Shown piece by piece: positions 17,611 through 31,239 of a DNA stretch of 64,000 bases. The notes below the pieces were generated by a model. The model was not told where the DNA came from and searched no databases. It saw nothing but the letters and a program-made list of their open reading frames with translations. Location: the NCBI GenBank assembly GCA_002269645.1, contig NIVC01001794.1, positions 1 through 64,000 of the forward strand, written 5' to 3'. The DNA comes from Macrostomum lignano. Lineage: Eukaryota. Positions within the stretch are counted from its first letter, which is position 1; each line of letters opens with the position of its first letter. A program made the translations under genes and the position numbers.

Positions 17611-19015
17611 TTGCAAGTGTTGACTGTTGGTTTTTTATTCACACAGAGCCTCTAACGAGTTTTCCAAAATCAAATCTATGAAGTAAAAATCGCTAAGAGA
17701 TATGCGTCTCCATAAATCAATCTGAAACTTAATGCAAGCAGGGATTAATTACAGTATGTTTATGTAATGCCGTCGCTTCCGACTCTTTGATGACTACTGC
17801 TGCTGCCTACTAACTCTCCCTCTGGCTGTCCTTAACAACTTGCACGGCAGGTAGCTGGCCTGAGTGGTCTAGCACTATGGTCCGAGAACCCTCGCTTAGT
17901 CTCTATCAGGTTACAATTAGATATTAAACTGAGTTGGTAGTTGGGTTGCTGCCACCTTGTAGGTCTACAGGTGTCGAATAGACAATAAACTAAAACTAAC
18001 AATATGTGATTGGTGGTGCAGAAAGGAAGGAGGGGAAAGAAGTGAAGGACCTAAGCCGCGGGTTGAAGTTGTATTTATACTAACAATGATGAACAGGCCA
18101 GCCAAATTGTCTGTGGTAAATGAACGGTTACGATAGTCTGTGGGAAAGGCATGGTAGACAAAGGGAGACGGCTAACTGAAAAGTACAAGGTAATAGAAAG
18201 TACAAATATTTGGAGGATGGAAATCCGACAACAGGTAATATCCTTGACAGGCTATCCCTAGGTAGGCCTACTGTAAGTAGAAAATAAATAAGACAAGGCA
18301 AGTCAGTTAAACGTTTATTAATGTGAGTAACGGTCACAGGCCGATCCTAAATTATCGTTCAATTGCTCAGCTGGTGTCGCAGTAACCAGCCCTAAGCCTT
18401 ATTAGGTGTCAATTTGATGTTGCCCCATAGCGTAGGTTGTAGGCCTTGAGACCAGACGGGTCCAGACGGTGTTGAAGGTCTGGCGTGCTGTCGACACAAT
18501 AGCCTGCGGCAGTCTTAATGAGCAATGGCAGCTGCTAGGTTATCCCTAGGAAAAGCGTCTAGCGAATCTGCCTAAGCTAGTCCGTCTAGGAAAAGCATCT
18601 AGGAATACTAGCTCTTGCTCGAAGCCAAGCAGGCGGTCTCCGAACGGATGGTCTCTTTTGGGCCCTCACCTACTCCGTATTTATACTAAAATCTGGGGCG
18701 GGCTCAGGGCCAATAGAAAGCTCAGAATCAGTTCCGTGGCAGATCTCGAGGCAGTTCCGTGGACTACCCGGAGCCAGGAACGATCTCGGAGATGTCCATA
18801 AGACATCTGCCTCATCACGAGTGCTCCGCATGGCCTACTGGTACACTGCTTACATGTTGCAGCATGCAAGGAGTGCAACCAAGACCCCACGAGAGCCTAC
18901 CCCGGGCGGAGAGCTATGCTCTCGTTCCCGCAGACTAACAGAGACTGTACTAAGGGAGAAATATCCCACTGACTAACATTCTATTTTTAGCCCATTGCAG
19001 CCTGCGCCAGGGCTC

Positions 19016-21917
<2,902 letters not shown>

Positions 21918-21972
21918 TGGCACTGAAGAAGATCAGCTGCATTCTTGTTCTAGCAAAGAACTACTTAACAGT

Positions 21973-24295
21973 AGGAATACCAAGCCATTTTTCCGCTCGT
22001 CGAACTACCAAGAGGGGGGGAAAAATTCCCCCCCCCCTGACAATTTTTTTGCTGCGCCGGAACGGAGCAACGCAACAAAATTCAAGAACACGGGCTAACT
22101 TTTTGTTGCGCGCCAGTGTATTCAGTACACCCCTGTGCGCCAAATAGCACTGCGCCTCAGTGCAGCCTTGCCAAGTCTCCAAATTTCATCAGCACGTCGA
22201 CCAAATGTGTCTGCATCAGTTCTGACTTCGTTGGTTACTGGCCTTCACCGAGACGGAGCTTCTAGACCTTCAACAGGTGGCAACAGGTGACTATGAACAC
22301 CTTGATGCGAATTTCTCTAGTTTCGCCGATCAAGCCTCGACAGTAGGCAAGCCTCAACTGCCAGACACCCTCAGCTAGTCTCCTGAGCATTCCTTCATCA
22401 TCCCGACACCGTCGGCACCTTCAACAGGTGGCATCAGGTTACTATGGACGTCCTGTTGCAAATATGTCAGGTCTTTCTTACCAAGCTTCAATAATGGGCA
22501 AACCTCAACCGACGGACATTGTCAGCTAGTCTCTCAAGCATTCCGTCATCATCCCGATGACGTCGGCACCTTCAACAAATGACACCAGATGACTATGGAC
22601 AACCTGATGCTGATTTCTCTAGTTTCGCCGATCAAGCCTCGATAGTGGGCAAAAATCAACTGCTGGAAATTCTCAGCTAGTCTCTCAAGCCTTCCGTCAT
22701 CATCCCGACGCCGTCGGCTCCTTCAACAGATTACACCAGGGGACTATGGACAGCCTGATAAGAATTTCTCTAGTTTCGCCGATCAAGCCTCGATAGTGGG
22801 CAAACCTCAACTGCTGGACATCCTCAGCTAGTCAGTCAAGCATTCAGTCATCACCCCGACGCCGTCGGCACCTTCAACAGGTGGCACCAGGGGAGTAAGG
22901 ACACCTGAGCGTGATTTTTCATCATGCTCTTAACATTTCTGAATCATTAAAAAATGAAAAAACGGATTGAATTTACTGGCTTCTGTAGGGCGTAGGCCGT
23001 GCGCTGCACTCTCTGCCCCACATTATTATTCATGACTCATTCTCTCGCCTAAACTTGTTTACCAATTCTCGACCAATCGCGCATCGCTGCACCCCACCCC
23101 ACAATATTGACTAATAAATATATTGAGTAAACAGAGCCACACAGAGGCCACCTTTTCGGCACGCAAACCCAGACTTCACAGCTTCTTAGAAGCATAACCC
23201 TTTCTGCATAAAAATTGAGTTCAATATTATAGTTGAATAAACTAAACAGCTTTTCGAATAAAATATGTATGTAGCTCGTATGCATAAAAGTATGTGTAAT
23301 AATAATATAAATATACAGCAACATGAGTTCAAGCTTAACTATAGCAATGTCCGTGCTTTAAAAATTCAATTTAAAAAAATCACGCTCAGGTGTCCTTACT
23401 CCCCTGGTGCCACCTGTTGAAGGTGCCGACGGCGTCGGGGTGATGGCTGAATGCTTGACTGACTAGCTGAGGATGTCCAGCAGTTGAGGTTTGCTCATTA
23501 TTGAAGCTTGATAAAAAAAACCTGACATATTTGCAACAGGCTGTCCATAGTCACCTGGTATAATCTGTTGAAGGAGCCGATGGCGTCGGGATGATGACGG
23601 AATGCTTGAGAGACTAGCTGAGAATGTCCAGCAGTTGATTTTTGCCCACTGTCGAGGCTTGATCGGCGAAACTAGAGAAATCAGCATCAGGTTGTCCATA
23701 GTCATCTGGTGTCATTTGTTGAAGGTGCCGACGTCATCGGGGTGATGACGGAATGCTCGAGAGACTAGCTGACAATGTCCGTCGGTTGAGGTTTGCCCAT
23801 TATTGAAGCTTGATAAGAAAGACCTGACATAGTTGCAAAAGGACGTCCATAGTCACCTGATGCCACCTGTTGAAGGTGCCGACGGTGTCGGGATGATGAC
23901 GGAATGCTTGAGAGACTAGCTGAGAATGTCCAGCAGTTGAGGCTTGCCTACTGTCGAGGCTTGATCGGCGAAACTAGAGAAATTCGCATCAGGGTGTCCA
24001 TAGTCACTTGGTGTCATCTGTTGGAGGAGCCGACGGCGTCGGGATGATGACGGAATGCTTGAGAGACTAGCTGACAATGTCCGTCGGTTGAGGTTTGCCC
24101 ATTATTGAAGCTTGATAAGAAAGACCTGACATATTTGCAACAGGACGTCCATAGTCACCTGATGCCACCTGTTGAAGGTGCCGACGGTGTCGGGATGATG
24201 AAGGAATGCTCAGGAGACTAGCTGAGGGTGTCTGGCAGTTGAGGCTTGCCTACTGTCGAGGCTTGATCGGTGAAACTAGAGAAATTCGCATCAAG
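21973..24295. mobile_element. Foldback-like element: two oppositely oriented arrays of a ~130-bp unit flanking an AT-rich core
   Basis: Plus-oriented units run 22230-22920 and minus-oriented units run 23376-24295. Segment 22805-22920 is an almost perfect inverted copy of 23376-23490. The left terminus is homologous to the reverse complement of 12740-12817. Confidence 0.7.
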
Positions 24296-24691
24296 AAAAG
24301 AAAAATGATAAACATATTGTAAATAATCCTTGCTTGCATTACGCTCGAAGCTGTACATCATCAACTTGTCGAAACGGCTTTCTTGGTAAAGAGAATTGTT
24401 GCAACATCATGATTAAAATCTGAATACCTTCAAAAGATTATGTTTAGTATTCGCCGAAAACATACTCTTGAATCTTCGATTCAGGAATAAATGAGATGTA
24501 ATATTCGAGGGCAAAAAAACAGCCAAAATTTCTTTCATGTTTTACATCCTGCGAAAAATGAATTGAATGGAATCTGAAATAGAAAAATTAAATATCGATG
24601 AGCACTTTTAGTCACGAATTTGCTGATTAGAGTTCCAACGGCTTGAGAGTTCAGAGATACCTCGGCAGCGGCCGCTCGGGCCAGGCCTGAT

Positions 24692-24820
24692 GCGAGGGCA
24701 AGGTGTACCCAGGCGGGGTGTACCCAGACGGGATGTACCCAGGCGGGGTGTACCCAGGCGGGGTGTAAGATCTATTACGGGGTGTACCCAGGCGGGGTGT
24801 ACCCAGGCGGGGTGTACCCA
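24692..24820. repeat. 15-bp minisatellite (gtacccaggcggggt)
   Basis: Directly visible, about 7 units. Confidence 0.9.
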
Positions 24821-24894
24821 GTCATTCAGAAAATTTTCCGATTGAATTCTTTTTGACTGGTAGAGATTAATAAACACCCTCTACCAGGTCGCTC

Positions 24895-25090
24895 CTTATT
24901 GCTTGGCATGGACAGAGAAGCCACCTACCTCACTCTAATCACTTCTCATAGGCTAATATGAATAGGGAAGCCACTTGCCTCACCCCAGTCGCTTCTTATT
25001 GGCTTTACTAAATAGAGAAGTCACCCAACTCACTCCAGTCACTTTTCATTGGCTGAGATGAATAGAGAAGCCACCCACCTCACTCCAGAC
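24895..25090. repeat. 50-bp CCAAT-containing minisatellite (same family as 58945-59345), abutting the truncated start of ADAM copy 2
   Basis: Units are cattggctgagatgaatagagaagccacccacctcactccag, about 4 degenerate copies. Confidence 0.8.
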
Positions 25091-25574
25091 GAATAGGAAT
25101 CCTTCAGTGCCCAGGACTTTGACGGCGGCAAAACCCTCGGTTTAGCATGGCTAAGGGCTACCTGCAATAAGTTGTTCTCGTGCGGATTGGGTGATGTGAG
25201 TACAGGTTCGTAACCGTTGCTTTCTTCTTACCTGGTTGAGAGATACAAACCAATTCACAGAAGACAAGTTTGCATGAACCCGGAGGAGATCTCCACCGCT
25301 CTGGTTCTGACCCACGAGATCGGGCACAACCTCGGCTTCATGCACATGCAGGACTTCACTGCGTGCCAGTGCAATCGGTCGTCAACCGGCTGCATAATGA
25401 ACTCTTATCTCGCGTCCGAAACGCGGTGAGTGTGGAAATTTAACAGTTTACAGAAATTTGAACAGCTGTGAGCTGGTATCGGTTTTACAATCGATTTCCC
25501 ATGCTCCACTGCTGCACGGAAGCTCTGGGCTGGTCATCCTGCACCTTGGACACCTGGAGCTCGCAAGCCAGCGA

Positions 25575-25860
25575 GACAGACCGACACAAACAGACACAGA
25601 CAGACACAGACAGACACACAGAGACACAGACAGACACAGACAGACACACAGAGACACAGACAGACACAGACAGACACACAGAGACACAGACAGACACAGA
25701 CAGACACACAGAGACACAAACAGACACAGACAGACACAGACAGACACACAGAGACACAGACAGACACAGACAGACACAGACAGACACACAGAGACACAGA
25801 CAGACACAGACGCAGGCAGACACAGGCAGACACAGACAGACACAGACAGACACACAGACA
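25575..25860. repeat. (GACACA/CAGA) compound microsatellite at a deletion junction
   Basis: It joins ...SQASE of the post-catalytic exon directly to [10 protein letters not shown] of the Cys-rich exon. Confidence 0.9.
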
Positions 25861-27279
25861 GTGAATGCTTCACGAGGCTGAACGTCGAAAGCGAGTTCTT
25901 AAAATATTTTTTTACATCAATGAACTGGTTCTGATTTCGTAATTTCTATAACTGAATCTGTTTTCTCACTGTGAGGCGCACGCCAGGTAGGAAAAGGTTG
26001 GCGTAGTTGAATCCGAGACTGATAAGTTCGTAAGCCGCATGTGGCAGTGGCCGTAGAGGTACTCGCTTCTGACGTTTAGCCTGGTGAAGCATTCGCTGTC
26101 TGCGCTTCTGGCTGCGGAAGAGAACAGCCGCTGGCACTGGGCGGTTGAGGACCTGCACTGTCCTTTGTAGCAGAAGGCCTGGAGAACAGCGAGCGGTCGG
26201 AAAAGGTTAGTATAATGTTGTAGGCCCAATTTAAATTCTCGCGTCACTATGGAAACATAACTCGGAAAATAATTTTTGTTTAAATGAATCTGGTCCCCCA
26301 CCCCAATCTTATTATAAATACACGGGAGTTTTGCGCCCAGAGAGGGAACCGAGTTCCGACCGAGACTTTTCAGTTATATCTTTGGTTCATAGGCGAATTG
26401 CCTATAAAATTGAAGAAGTGTTCCAAGCCTTCCTTCATTTGCTAGAAAAGCTAAGAGCGAATGCTCATTGGACAGAAAGTAGAAATTACCAAGAGCAAGA
26501 GACGAATAGTCTAAAAGCCAATTGCGTACTTTCAAAGAGCAGAGGCGTAGCCAGCCAATAGAAAGGGGAGATATATCCCAATAGAAATATTCGAACTGAA
26601 CAACCAATGGGAAGTCGTATATGACAAGAGCAAATCCGTAAGAGGAAATTGAAACTCACCGGGCAACCTCGATCCATTGGAGGACGCTGCTTTAGGACTT
26701 AGTCATCCCCCCTCTCTCCCTAGCTAAACAGTGTCTTGCCGCTCGGGCACTGCGCGCTACCAGGGCAATCCGTGCTTACGTGAAAGCCCATAATCTTAAC
26801 TCCGTGACACCGTATTTTAATAGTCCACAACGAACCTAATAGCTAAATTTATGAAATTCTAGAATTATAGCAAATTTTATCCTAATACAACATGGTGATT
26901 GCGGTAAAATTTAGAGAATAATAATGGTCCCCTACAACAACTTGGTGACAGCTGTAGAATTGTGAATAGGCAGAGGAATTCCCCTACAACAACTTGGTGG
27001 CACAGCGAGATAAAATACAATAATAGTAAAGAGGCCTACAACAATAATGCTTTTGTTACTAGTACGTACCTCACTTTTGAAGGTGATGTGAGTTACAAAA
27101 TTATTAATGTAAAAAAATATTACATCAATAGAAATTACGAAATCAGGACCAGTTTATTTAATGTAAAAAAATATTTTTAGTATGGAGCTTTTAGTAAGTC
27201 AGTTGGCTTACTAGGAGAGTATTTATCTTCAAATTAATTTTCGAGTACAGAAGATCTATGAGAACTAAAATAGGGTTCT

Positions 27280-28240
27280 TTGCTGCGCAGGAACGGAACA
27301 AAGCAGGCACAGGAAATTCAAGAACATGGGATCATATTTTGTTGCGCACTTCGACCACATGTTTCGGCATCAGCTCCGACTTCGCTGGTCACTGACCTTC
27401 ACCCAGGCGGAGCTTCTGGACCTTCAACAGATGGTACCAGGTGACCATGGATACCCTGTTGCGAAATAACTTTAAAAAATGGCAACCTCAACTGCTGGAC
27501 ATCCTCAGCCAGTCTCTCAAGTAGTCTGTAGTCATCCAGACGCCGTTGGCTCCTTTAAAGGGTGACAAAAAAGTGATCAAGGACGCCCAATTTCATTTCT
27601 GAAGCTCGTAAAACTTCTGCGCATAAAGGTGGCTTTAATTAAGTTTAACCTTTCATTTCATTAAGTTTAACCTTTTTAACCTTTCAAACGAAACCTCAGA
27701 AAACGTAAAAACTGCTAAAACAATCAAAATCAAAATAAAATTAGTGCGAAGGTATGACAGCTGCTACTGTACACTCGACAGAAGCTATTACTTACATGTG
27801 GACGAAATTGTTTCTGATCGTAATAAATTCTTTCTCAATTTCATGTGCCGCCTGCGTATCAACTTTTTAAAATCCTGCTCAGGTGTCCATAGTCCCCCGA
27901 TGCCACCCGATGAAGGTGTCGACGGCGTCGAGGTAATGACGGAACGCTTGCGAGACTAGCTGAGAATGTCCAGCAGTTGAGGTTTGCCCACCGTCGATCC
28001 TTGATTAGCGAAACTAGAGACATTTGCAATAAAGTGTACACAGTCCCCTGATACCACCTATTGAATGTCTGGAAGCTCCACCTGGATTAAGGCCAGTGAC
28101 CAACGAAGTCAGAGCTGATGCAGACACATGTGGTCGACTTACTGATGAAATTTGGAGGCTTGACAAGGCTGCAGTGAGGCGCAGTGCTGATTGGCACACA
28201 GGGGGGGGGCATTGAATACTCTTCTAGGAAAAGCCGACGA
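27280..28240. mobile_element. Further member of the TIR/foldback ~130-bp-unit family
   Basis: The left arm gctgcgcaggaacgg..aaattcaagaaca and the right arm tgatgaaatttggaggctt..gcgcagtgctgattggc match 11855-12740. Fragments also occur at 32440-32680, 38835-38885 and 52610-52830. Confidence 0.6.
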
Positions 28241-29214
28241 ACGTTCGTACAAGATAAAACCAGGCAAGTCATTTTTGAACCCAAAACCAACCCGTAGATG
28301 TGCGTGAATTCGACCTGCACGCTGTTAAGCACGGTGCGCGCCTGCAGTTCATGTCCTGACTGCGGCGCCAACGGGGTGCTCACTACAGGCAGCGTCTGCT
28401 TCTGCAATCCGGGCTTCGCTCCGCCAAACTGTTCCACTGTAGGCTGCGGCGGCTCCGTGACGTCACCGCTGACCTGTTCCGGTGAGTATGCCGATGCAGC
28501 TCCAAACGCAATACCTTTGAAGAGCAAACAGAAGCATTTTAATTTCCTCATTTGATTTATAGGACCTGTGGGCACTACAGCGACACCGACTCGTGCATGG
28601 ACAACTGCCACCACTGGCACAACTGCCAAGACAGATGCGACTGCCACCACTGGCACTGCCAAGACAGATGCGACTGCCACCACTGGCACAACTGCCACCA
28701 CTGGCACAACTGCCACCACTGACACAACATTTCTTCTGCAAAGATTCACACTCAATCCCGATGGTGGAGTGAACTGTGGCGATCAGTTAGGCGCAGCCAT
28801 CAGCTCAATTATTTTCATGACATTGTCGACACTGACAATCATGATGAAGCGAGTAGTTCTGGAATTGAAATCAATATTTCACTGAACACAATGCAAATCT
28901 GACAGTTAGAATCCAATATTTAAACAGATTTAAATGCCATTTATATTTTTGTACCGGATTATTTAAAAAACATTTTTTGCAACTGGCCAGAAACTTTGCT
29001 GGAGGCTTTCGTTGCAAAATGCATTGGTGAGACAAAAAAATTCAGTTTTTAGGACTAAATTTCCAATGTGTCACCCTCTGGACTTCCCCTAGCAGAAGCG
29101 TCTTTGTGCTTCAGTTGTCTATGCTGCTCTACTGCACACCGAATTGCAGACAGATTAAATATACAGAGCCTCTAACGAGTTTTCCAAAACAAATCGATGA
29201 AGTAAAACTGGGTA

Positions 29215-29867
29215 TGCGACAGTGTGGTTCGTAGAAGGCATGTATCAAAGCTCGTATCGTATTTCCTTATTTCGCACGCATACCGTACTACTTGTAATCC
29301 TTCATTCATTTCAACAATATTCTATACGTATTAATATTGCGCTTATGTTACTTTTGTATCTGTAGTTATTGGTCGCCTCGCATGTATTTATTCTATTATT
29401 TTTATTTCATGCATATCGTGTTACTTCTCGTAAAGTAGTTCCTATTATGTACATGTATTTAGTTTACAGTATTCTAGCACGAGTTTGTACAGTTCGCTTG
29501 GGGGGTTGCCTGATTAGGCCTGTTTATCAATTGTTATCATGTTTACATGTACATTATACTCGTAAATATACGCTTGCAGTCAGCGGCCGCTTTCTCACTT
29601 CTTCTCTGCTCGCGGGTCCTTAGCCGTCTGGCTTTTCCTCGCCCTCACAAGTTTACCCTTCCGCCGCCTACTTCGGCCCACCAATCAGCAGGGTCTCGAC
29701 CGGCCTTCGCAAGGCGCAACCAGAGCTCATTGGATTAAAGCCCATTAAAGTACCCACTTACAATTACGCTAGTGTGAATTCGGCTGCTGAGCTGGATCGT
29801 AGACTTAATCAAATTAGTTAATAAATTAACCGCTACACCAGAAAAGTCTTCCGCCGTAATCGTCACA
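29215..29867. mobile_element. Candidate solo LTR
   Basis: This block is absent from the paralogous flank of copy 1 (17680-17720). Its termini are TGCGAC...GTCACA and it has an internal ccaatcagc. The flanks ggta/gcta are only an imperfect 4-bp TSD. Confidence 0.4.
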
Positions 29868-31239
29868 GCTAAGAGGGACGCGTCTCGATAAATCAATCTG
29901 AAACTTTTAGGAAGCGATGACAAAAATATTAATGACGTTGAGACCTGACAAAGAATAACGAAATTGTAACAAACAGCTTGTAATTTATTTGATCGCGGAT
30001 CGCGGACATTCGAGGAAAAATTTATTGGTCCTCAAGATAAAGCCAATAATCCCAATTGTAATTGACTTAAGGGAACGCGAAAAAGTTAGATCTTGGTGCT
30101 TATAGCAGTGTTTTTTTGCATTGTTTAGCAATTTGACGATCATTATTCGCATTTTTTATGCAGAACAATACATTACTACAAACAATGCATTGTTTTTAGG
30201 ACCTTCAAACAGAAAAAAATGCAAAGAATCAGCGGTCGCAGCACGTGACAACGATTAGTCTATGGCTCGCGCTTACCGGCGCTCGCCAGACAATCGTTGT
30301 CACGCACTGGGACCGCTGATTATTTATCCATGGTTGCTCGAGGGTTGCTGTAATAATTATTAAATGTAATTTTGAGTGACTGCTTTATTCTACTTACCTT
30401 GTACTTACTCTCTCTCTCTCTCTCTCTCTCGGAAAAAATGAGTTGGTTTGCTATGTCATGGTGACCCATATTATAACGTCCATGACTGGCAAGAATTTTA
30501 AGCACATTTTTTCGAAACTGGCTTATAAAATGTGTAAATATCTGCTTATATTATCAATCAAAACCTGCTTTGACAATAAGACACTAGTCACAGAGATAGA
30601 CTATAAATAGATGCCCTGACACCAGGGCACTCTAGTCACAAAAATAGGAATTCAAAATGTAGACAATCAATAGAATGTTGTAGGATTTTGCTTTGCTACT
30701 TACTGATGGAACTAGTAAGTAGAATGCCAGGACCTGTGCGTCAATAAATATAGTTTGGGGTCCCTGCAGCGCGTCCTCCGCGCCCTATTTTAGGAAACAC
30801 TGACTGGGTGCTAATGGATATTAAATATTGGCTAGGATGATTCCCTCGGTAAATACATACAGTGTAGTTTCTCATATTTGATCGGCAAAAACTGATGAGA
30901 GGGACTCCAGGCCAGGTACTGCGAGATTTTCTCGATATACTGACTGTTTGGCAAGGCAATTAATCACACAGAGGCAACGTTTCTGCTTGCGGGCCGTTCC
31001 CGTGCAAACATAGCTAGCAGCTAGTTGATGACTTCTCTGAACTCCTCGGCTGGCCAATTACTGAATGGGACAGCTGGGGGTCGTCTGGTTGATGCAGCAT
31101 CGGAGTTAGGAAAATTCCTGCATTTATTGACAGGCGGCAATGCAGATAAAAGTGAGAAAATTTTGTGGACTTTGCGAATTCGGCCTGAGCCCATAATCTA
31201 AGGCAGCTCTGATCGCACGCAGCCCAGTCTGCAAGCAAA

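Larger units (their letters stand above)
14023..17642. mobile_element. Composite insertion 3' of copy 1: Penelope-like (pLTR) shell in inverted arrangement containing a DNA transposon
   Basis: The paralogous empty site at 29161-29180 (atacagagcctctaacg) shows that acagagcctct is duplicated at 14012-14022 and 17643-17653. Inverted segments are 14051-14099 vs 17595-17643 and 14099-14116 vs ~17505-17523. A CTGAAGA..GAAACGCGTC motif lies at 17576-17607. Confidence 0.6.
25108..28885 (+). pseudogene. Rearranged, 5'-truncated ADAM-like pseudogene (copy 2)
   Basis: Exon remnants are 25108-25195, ~25280-25425 (HEIGHNLGFMH; a 22-nt deletion removes the acceptor), and 25511-25575 (acceptor AG changed to TG, broken by a GACACA array). 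The Cys-rich exon is inverted at 25970-26178, the EGF exon is at 28298-28481 and the mucin/anchor exon at 28563-28885. Signal, prodomain, disintegrin and one Cys-rich exon were not found. Confidence 0.85.

Noticed and set aside
17760-18930. LTR-retrotransposon-like segment
   Set aside because: The composition is suggestive, but I could not find matching TG..CA termini, a TSD or gag/pol motifs.
26330-26780. CCAAT-rich LTR- or promoter-like segment within copy 2
   Set aside because: No defined termini, TSD or second copy in the window.
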